Source of the DNA: the human T2T-CHM13v2.0 reference genome, Homo sapiens
NCBI RefSeq assembly: GCF_009914755.1
Contig: NC_060932.1
Strand: one strand, 5' to 3'
DNA: 64,000 bases
Positions 57,647 to 64,000 of this stretch are shown in pieces. The translations under genes and the position numbers were made by a program. Position 1 is the first letter of the stretch. Each line of letters begins with the position of its first letter. The notes under the pieces were generated by a model. The model had not been told where the DNA came from. It saw only the letters and a list, made by a program, of their open reading frames with translations, and made no database searches.

Positions 57647-60042
57647 TGAAGCCCCTATTTTCATGACTTGAGCTTGGCCTCCACAGACCTCTGACATTTG
57701 GGCTGAGAAGAGACCAGAACTGACCAGTCACTGTATACATGTCCTTCTAATGACCCAGGAGGGCTGGACGCCTCTGCTGTTAGCCCTTCTGTACATCCCC
57801 CATAACGGGCACACACACGCATGTGCACACACACAGCCTTGGGGCTCCCAGTATCTGCGGGCCTCTCCTCCAGCCTATGGGAGGGATGGAACAGGGGGTG
57901 GTCCTCGGCTCTGCCAGGATCTCTCCTCCCTGCCCCAGACACCACCCACTCTGGCTTCCCTGTGCTGCAGTGGTGTCCAGTTCACTGGGCTCCCAATTCC
58001 GGCCCTCCACCCAATGCCTCCACCCAGGCAGGGCCTCTAGGTGGGGCCGCGGGCAGCTCCAGCACTGCTAAGTTGCAAGGGACCCTCCCTCATTTCATGA
58101 GCACTGTGTGCGGCAGCCCTCCCTCTGGCTTCACTCCTTGCGGGGCTGTGAAGCAGGAGGCCAATGTCTCTTTTGCCTGCAATAACCCTCCCTCTGCCAA
58201 AGGCAATAGCCTCTGCTTCCCAGAGGCCACACAGAGCCAGACAGGGCGCTGCCCCTGGGGAGTGGAGGTGTGAGGCCCCACTGCCATTTCCACCTTCCTC
58301 CTCTTCTGGTCAGCTCCTGGGACGGGGCTGGAATGCACGGCTTGTTAGCCAGAATGTGTGTGAAGGGCAGCTGTCTCCTTCCTCCTCCCCACCCCTCAGC
58401 TGGTCCAGCAGGAGCCCAGGGGATCTGCTGGGGAGAGGGACTGGGGCCGAGCGGGGCCAGATGTGAGTGCACAGGGCTTGGAAAAGCTCAGACAACTCTA
58501 CTCATGTTTGTTACTTGGAATTGAAACCTACGCATGTTCTGTCTGCCCAAGGTTTCTTGGGGGCTGTTTTTCTTTCTTGGGGGAGGAAGCAGGCATTGGG
58601 ACCCTCAGATCATGGATCTTACTGTCTTTGGACCAAGTCTGTGCTCTAGAAGATGAAACTGATGGCAAGTGCTCCTCCCAGGAGCACTGTGTTGGGGGTA
58701 GGCTGATGGCATTTGCATTCCGTCCCTCCCATTTTAAACATAAGCCATCCCAGACCAAAGAGGCAAAGGAAGGAATGGATATCAGAGCGGGAAGAGGCCC
58801 CGGGCACAGTTTTCCTACACAGGGCACTGGCTCAGCTGCAGGGTTGCTTTGTTTGGGAATTGCATGTCAGCCCCTTTGGTGACCACTTTCTGGGCCCCAG
58901 ATCAGGCAGAGAAGAGAATCCCACCTCAGACTGCCAGCCAGTGTACTCCAGCAGGTGGGGATCCTGGGACTGAGGCAGGGCTCTGAGAGCTTGAAGCACA
59001 TGGGCGAGATGTGGAAGCCACAGTGACCTGTGGATGAAGCCCAAGGAGACTGGACCTCAACTTGCAACTCAAAGAGGGAGGTCTTGCTCTAACAGGGAGG
59101 TGTCACCCTCTCCACTAACCTCTTGGCAATCATGATTTACTTCCAGACAATTTCACCCAAGGCACTTAGAAGGGCAGGTTCAGAGCCAGGGATCTGCTTC
59201 TAGATTCTGCATTTTAGAGCTGGAAAAGCCCTCAGCCATCTGTGCCCTGCAGCCCTGTGCCCTGGGGCCATCTGCGCCCTGCAGGCCTGGCTCTCTGCAG
59301 GAATGCAGGGAACACAGAAGCCAAGGGCTCCCATCCTAGCTCCTCTGCGTATTGGTTTCTTGGGGGAACTTGGCTCAATTACCTGACCTCATTCAGCCTC
59401 AGGTACATGACCTCTAAGATGGGAAGGTGGGTAGCTGCTGGTCACCCAGGATCACTGTGAGCCTCCCGTGAGATAATGCATGTGGCATGACTTTATGAAC
59501 AAGGTCACTCAGGGGAGCTGGTGGCAGTCTGATGAGAAAAAGCATCCCCCAGCATCTTCTGACTCTGCCTGGCAGCCAGGTAAGGGGGTGTCCAGGTTCC
59601 CAAGGCCTCCCTCCTACCTAGCCAGTCTCAGAAACAAAGCTGTTTGAAGTTCCCTTTGTAAAAGGCAATCGCGAATGCACTCTAGGGCTGATATCAGGAC
59701 CCTGGCTCTTCAATCCTTCTCTGGAGATCAGAAGGACTCCATTAATTCCTCCTCTGAGTGGGTAGCACGAGCCTCATTTGCTGCTACCAAGTCAGTTTCT
59801 CTGGGTACCCGCATCTAACTCTGCAGGGTTTATGGCTTTTCTTTGGATTACCTCACTTTAAACTCATCAAAACCAAGGAAAAAAATCACATGAGTGTGGC
59901 CCTTCTCCAAAGAGAGAATCACTAAGGAGGTTTTAAATGTTTTCCTCCTCTAACTGTACTTAGTTAAGCTAAATCATAACCCAAAGCTGGACAGAGACAG
60001 ATATTTTAGAAATAACCTCTCCCCACATATATCCCACCACTG

Positions 60043-60135
60043 GCACATGCACACGCACAGACATGCACACACACACACATGCACACACACACACATGCAC
60101 ACACACACATGCACACACACACATGCACACACACG
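60043..60135. repeat. Compound (CA)n repeat with periodic CATG
   Basis: CATG(CA)n units; strict purine-pyrimidine alternation 60061-60135. Confidence 0.95.
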
Positions 60136-60476
60136 AAGCCATGGAGAGGAGCTGTCACCTGAGCCATCTGCACCCTGAGTAGGCTCTTGAGCTGTGACAT
60201 GAGTCAGGTGGAGTAGCCACCAAGGCAATAGCTTCCCTCTGGCACCCCAAATGCAGGCTCACATTCTCTCCAGCCCAGGCAGTTGGATGAGGGCCCGGCA
60301 GATATCTGCGGGCCCAGCAGGCGGGGACCTTCCCACCTGGAGAAGGCACCTCCAGGCTCTAGGTCTGAAGTTTCCCAAACTCTGTACTCCTCTCCATCCA
60401 GTTCACTCCAGTCTCCTCCAGCTGTCTTTGAGACAGCATGCCCAGGAGATAGGACAAAATTAGTACCAAGACTCAC

Positions 60477-60893
60477 CTGAGTGCCCCTGGCTGAGGCTGT
60501 AGAGCCTTGTCCCCTCAGATCTCAGCATTTGCCATGGTGGCCAGAGAGCTGGCTGCCACCACGCTGAGAGCCAGGCCGCCCCTCGGACCGCGTCCCCACA
60601 GCCAGCCAAATCCAGATGGAGTCATAGAAAGGGGCTGCAGGGGCGCCCAGGGACGAGTCTCAGAGCAGGACCACAGGGGCCACTTCTGCAGGAGGACCAG
60701 GTCAAGATGCAACCTGTGGCAGAGTGGGGGTCTGGGCCTGGGGGACCCAGAATGGGGGGTGTGCGCCTGGGACTCCCTGTCCTTGGTGCCTGGTCCTGGG
60801 TAGCGATCAGGAGATGTTCTGAGGAGGCACCGGCAGCTCCTCTAGGTACTGCCTGAGATGCGAACTGCAGCTGCTCTCGCCGCCAGTCCGTAT
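60477..60893 (-). other. SCARA5: SCARA5 non-coding exon 1 (5' UTR); TSS approximately 60860-60900
   Basis: Consensus donor CAG|GTGAGT at 60477/60476 at the edge of a CpG-rich promoter-like block; 5' end inferred from the CCAAT box and AT-rich element, not directly visible. Confidence 0.75.
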
Positions 60894-61030
60894 AAAATAA
60901 AGTTCTTGGAGCAGTTGCGGAGGCTTCTGCAATGGGGTCTGGAATACGGCCCCCCTCCTGCGGCCAATCGTGGCATTACAGCCCCGTGTGGGAACGCCCG
61001 CTGGGCCCAGAGCAGCGCGGTCGGCCTTGG
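60540..61030 (-). promoter_or_regulatory. SCARA5 promoter / weak CpG island
   Basis: About 24 CpGs in ~470 bp (manual count); NF-Y-type GGCCAATCG at 60962-60970; C-rich SP/KLF/MAZ-like tract near 60948-60958; AT-rich element 60891-60901; Inr-like TGCAGT on the minus strand near 60866. Confidence 0.75.
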
Positions 61031-61471
61031 CCTTGGGACTCCAACACCCCAGTCTAAAGGTCCTGCTCAAAATACTTTTTGGAAGACTTCTGGGGGAGTG
61101 GCAGCTAGACCTGGCTTATGAGCCACGCAAGAAAACCAGTCTTGTAAATTTATTTATAGCACAGAATTGGCATGGCTCAATTCATTCACCAAGCTTGGCA
61201 CAGAGTTACTTCATGTATTTTCCTGGAGTCACATTCATCCTCAGTGGACACGGATTGGCCACACTGGGGGTAGTCAGGAAAATGCCCCAGGGGGTTCCAC
61301 GGAACTCAGCAGCAGAATCAGCGTTTCTGGCTCATTAACGCTGCACAGGGGCTGGGGGGTGCAGGATGAAGACTAGCTGGCTGTCCATAGCAATTCAGTA
61401 TGGGAGGGGGACCCAGGCACTAATAATCCTAAACCTGAGCATGATTGCTTACGTTTGAAAAAGGACATCTA

Positions 61472-61606
61472 GGCCGGGTGCAGTGACTCACACCTGTGGT
61501 CCCAGCACTTTGGGAGGCTGAGGTGGGAGGATTGCTTGAGCCCACCCACAAGTTCAAGACCAGCCTGGGCAACATAGTGAGACCCCATCTCTAAAAAAAA
61601 AAAAAA
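61472..61606 (+). mobile_element. Alu left monomer (FLAM-like)
   Basis: Monomer plus A tail; degenerate TSD AAGGACATCTA/AAGGCAATCTA. Confidence 0.85.
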
Positions 61607-62039
61607 TCTCTTTAAAGGCAATCTAACCATATGTGAAGGGAGCTGCTAAATTCAGATTGAGGTGGTAGTATCAGGGGCATCAGAGAAATCACCATAATTG
61701 TCCAAGCCAGGGTGGCAGAGTTAGGCTATGCAGATGGCTTCCAGAGGACAGCACCCAGAGGTAACATTCATGAATGCATTCCTGTTTGTTGGTGAAAAGT
61801 TCAGCCTCAAGACTCCAGGGTCAGGCTTCGTACATGAAAAGTGTTTGCCAAGACTCAGCTGTGTCACTGCAGCTGCCCGCCCACAGCTGAGTCAGAAACG
61901 CCGTCCTCATTCTCAGTGACTGCCCTGCCTGACTGCCTAGGAAGCAGCTCCAACATCAAACTCCATTTTACAGAAAGAACAAATGATAATTGTATCATTA
62001 TGGTAATAATCCCAGGGAGCGGAGGAGGAGAAGGAAAAG

Positions 62040-62260
62040 AAGACAACACTTTATAGCATATACCATGTGTTTCTTATATATTAGCTCATTGAACCTATTC
62101 AACAACCCCCTGAGGCAGGTGCTGCTATTATGCTCATTTACAGAGACAGAGAGGAAGTGACTTGTCCAGGGTCTTGTAGCCAGTAAGTGGCAGAGCTAGT
62201 ATTCAACCCTAGGCAATGTGATCCTAGGGTCTATGCTCTTAACCCCTCCCCTGTACCATT
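62040..62260 (-). mobile_element. MIR
   Basis: AACAACCCCCTGAGGCAGGT...CATTTACAGAG...GTGACTTGTCCAGGGTC...AGTAAGTGGCAGAGC. Confidence 0.75.
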
Positions 62261-62351
62261 GCCTCTCAAGGGGAAACAAATGTTTTTGTCCCCCATCAAT
62301 TCACCAACATTCCTAGGAATGTAATCTTAAAAACAGCCAGAAATGTGCTCA

Positions 62352-62618
<267 letters not shown>

Positions 62619-62629
62619 TTAGCAAGAAA

Positions 62630-62810
62630 TGTGGTAGTTAGTGTCCCCCTAAATTCAAGCATTGGAAATGTAATCTTTATTGCAACAGTGTTGGGAGGTG
62701 GGGCCTTTGTGGGGGTATTTGAGTCATGAATGTATTTGGGATGCCGTAGAAAGGGCTTGCAGGAGTGGGCTGGCTTGATCCTCTGCCTTTCTGCCATGTG
62801 AGGACTCCAC
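62630..62810 (+). mobile_element. MaLR LTR 5' part (MST/MLT1A-like)
   Basis: GTGTCCCCCTAAATTCA...GCAACAGTGTTGGGAGGTGGGGCCTT...CTGCCATGTGAGGAC. Confidence 0.7.
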
Positions 62811-63256
62811 GCTCATCCTCGCTTGTCCTCCCACCTCCCGCCCTGTTCGAAGCACTGAGTCCTATTGCGTGATAGGCACATACCACACACAATGTGTATA
62901 TCGGTCTCCTGCTGAAGGGGGTTTGGGATGTTTCCAATCTTTGTCTATTATGAATAAAGCTGCCGGAACAGGCAAAGGGAGATTTGACAGTGAAGTATAG
63001 GAATGACCTGGAGGGCTGGTTTTCTCATGGGTGAGAGTCCTCCCGGCAGCTCTTAGCTCAGATACCTCCTTGCCACTAAAATCAGAATTGTCCCCAAAAT
63101 GATTTGCTTCCATTCAATCACGGATGGCATTTGTAGTAGGCATTTCCCCCCCAGAAGCTGAATGAAAATGTGATTGCCTTGATAGAGGAGGGTTCAATAG
63201 ACTTCTGAAGTAGTTTCATCTATGAAATCTCAGTATTTGAAATGGAGGGACCAAGC

Positions 63257-63561
63257 TTTTTCAGTTTGTTTTTTCTAGAGGTAGGATGTCACTTTATCAC
63301 CCAGGTCGGAGTACAGTGGCACAATCATAGCTCACTGCAGCCTCGACCTCCCAGGCTCAAGTGATCCTCCCACCTCAACCTCCTGAGTAGCTGGGGCTAC
63401 AAGCACATGCCACCACACCCAGCTAATTTTTTAAAATCCTTTGTAGAGATGAGGTCTCGCTATCTTGCCCAGGCTGGTCTCAAACTTCTGACCTCGAGCA
63501 ATCCTCCCGCCTCCACCAGCCAAAGTGCTGGGATTACAGGTGTGAGCCACCATGTCCAGAC
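63257..63561 (-). mobile_element. Alu (AluJ-like)
   Basis: Diverged reverse dimer. Confidence 0.9.
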
Positions 63562-63910
63562 TCCATTTTTGACTCTGATAAATGGTGCTGCTGTGAACAT
63601 TCTTGTGTGTGTCTTCTGGGGAACATATGAATGCCATTCTCTTGGGCATATACCTGGGCATGGAATCGCCAGGGCATAGGATGGCCCTGTGTTCAGCTTT
63701 GGTAGACACTGCCAAAGAGTTTCCTATGGTGGTTGTACTAGTTTATATCCAGCAGGGGATGAAACTACACTTATTCCTTGTCCTTGTCAGTGTCAGTGAT
63801 GTTTATTCCATTTTCCCTGCTCTGGTGCATTGTAGAGGTGCCATATTGTGGTTTTAATTTGCATTTTCCTGATGACTCATGAAGTTGAGCACCTTTAATT
63901 ATGTCATTAA
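63562..63910 (-). mobile_element. Old L1 fragment
   Basis: GCTGCTGTGAACATTCTTG...GTGGTTTTAATTTGCATTTTCCTGATGACT...GTTGAGCACCTTT. Confidence 0.75.
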
Positions 63911-64000
63911 GTCTGATTGTTGACTTGAACTCTGGGCCCGTTACACCAGCAGGTCCTGCCCTATGGCTTGGGGTTGGCTGTTCCATCTGCCTGGAGTGGT

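Overview
Human (primate) genomic DNA rich in Alu, L1, L2, MIR and LTR repeats. It contains the 5' half of SCARA5 (scavenger receptor class A member 5, a type II membrane protein; human 8p21) on the minus strand: a CpG-enriched promoter (~60.5-61.0 kb), non-coding exon 1 (donor at 60477), coding exon 2 (55725-55851, ATG at 55836) and coding exon 3 (34645-34773, transmembrane segment). Intron 3 runs off the left edge, and the ectodomain exons are not in the window. Almost all ORF-track entries are spurious (repeat-derived or chance ORFs). I found no novel multi-gene system, CRISPR array or RNA gene. The best leads are: (i) a 6-codon uORF with a perfect Kozak context plus an overlapping uORF in the 5' UTR; (ii) a patchwork at 20053-20175 made of two short copies of unique sequence from about 1 kb on either side, resembling a fossil templated-insertion repair scar; (iii) a frame-preserving exon carrying the whole TM anchor; (iv) an overlapping AP-1/E-box cluster in intron 1. 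Repeat subfamily names come from recalled consensus sequences, and repeat boundaries are approximate.
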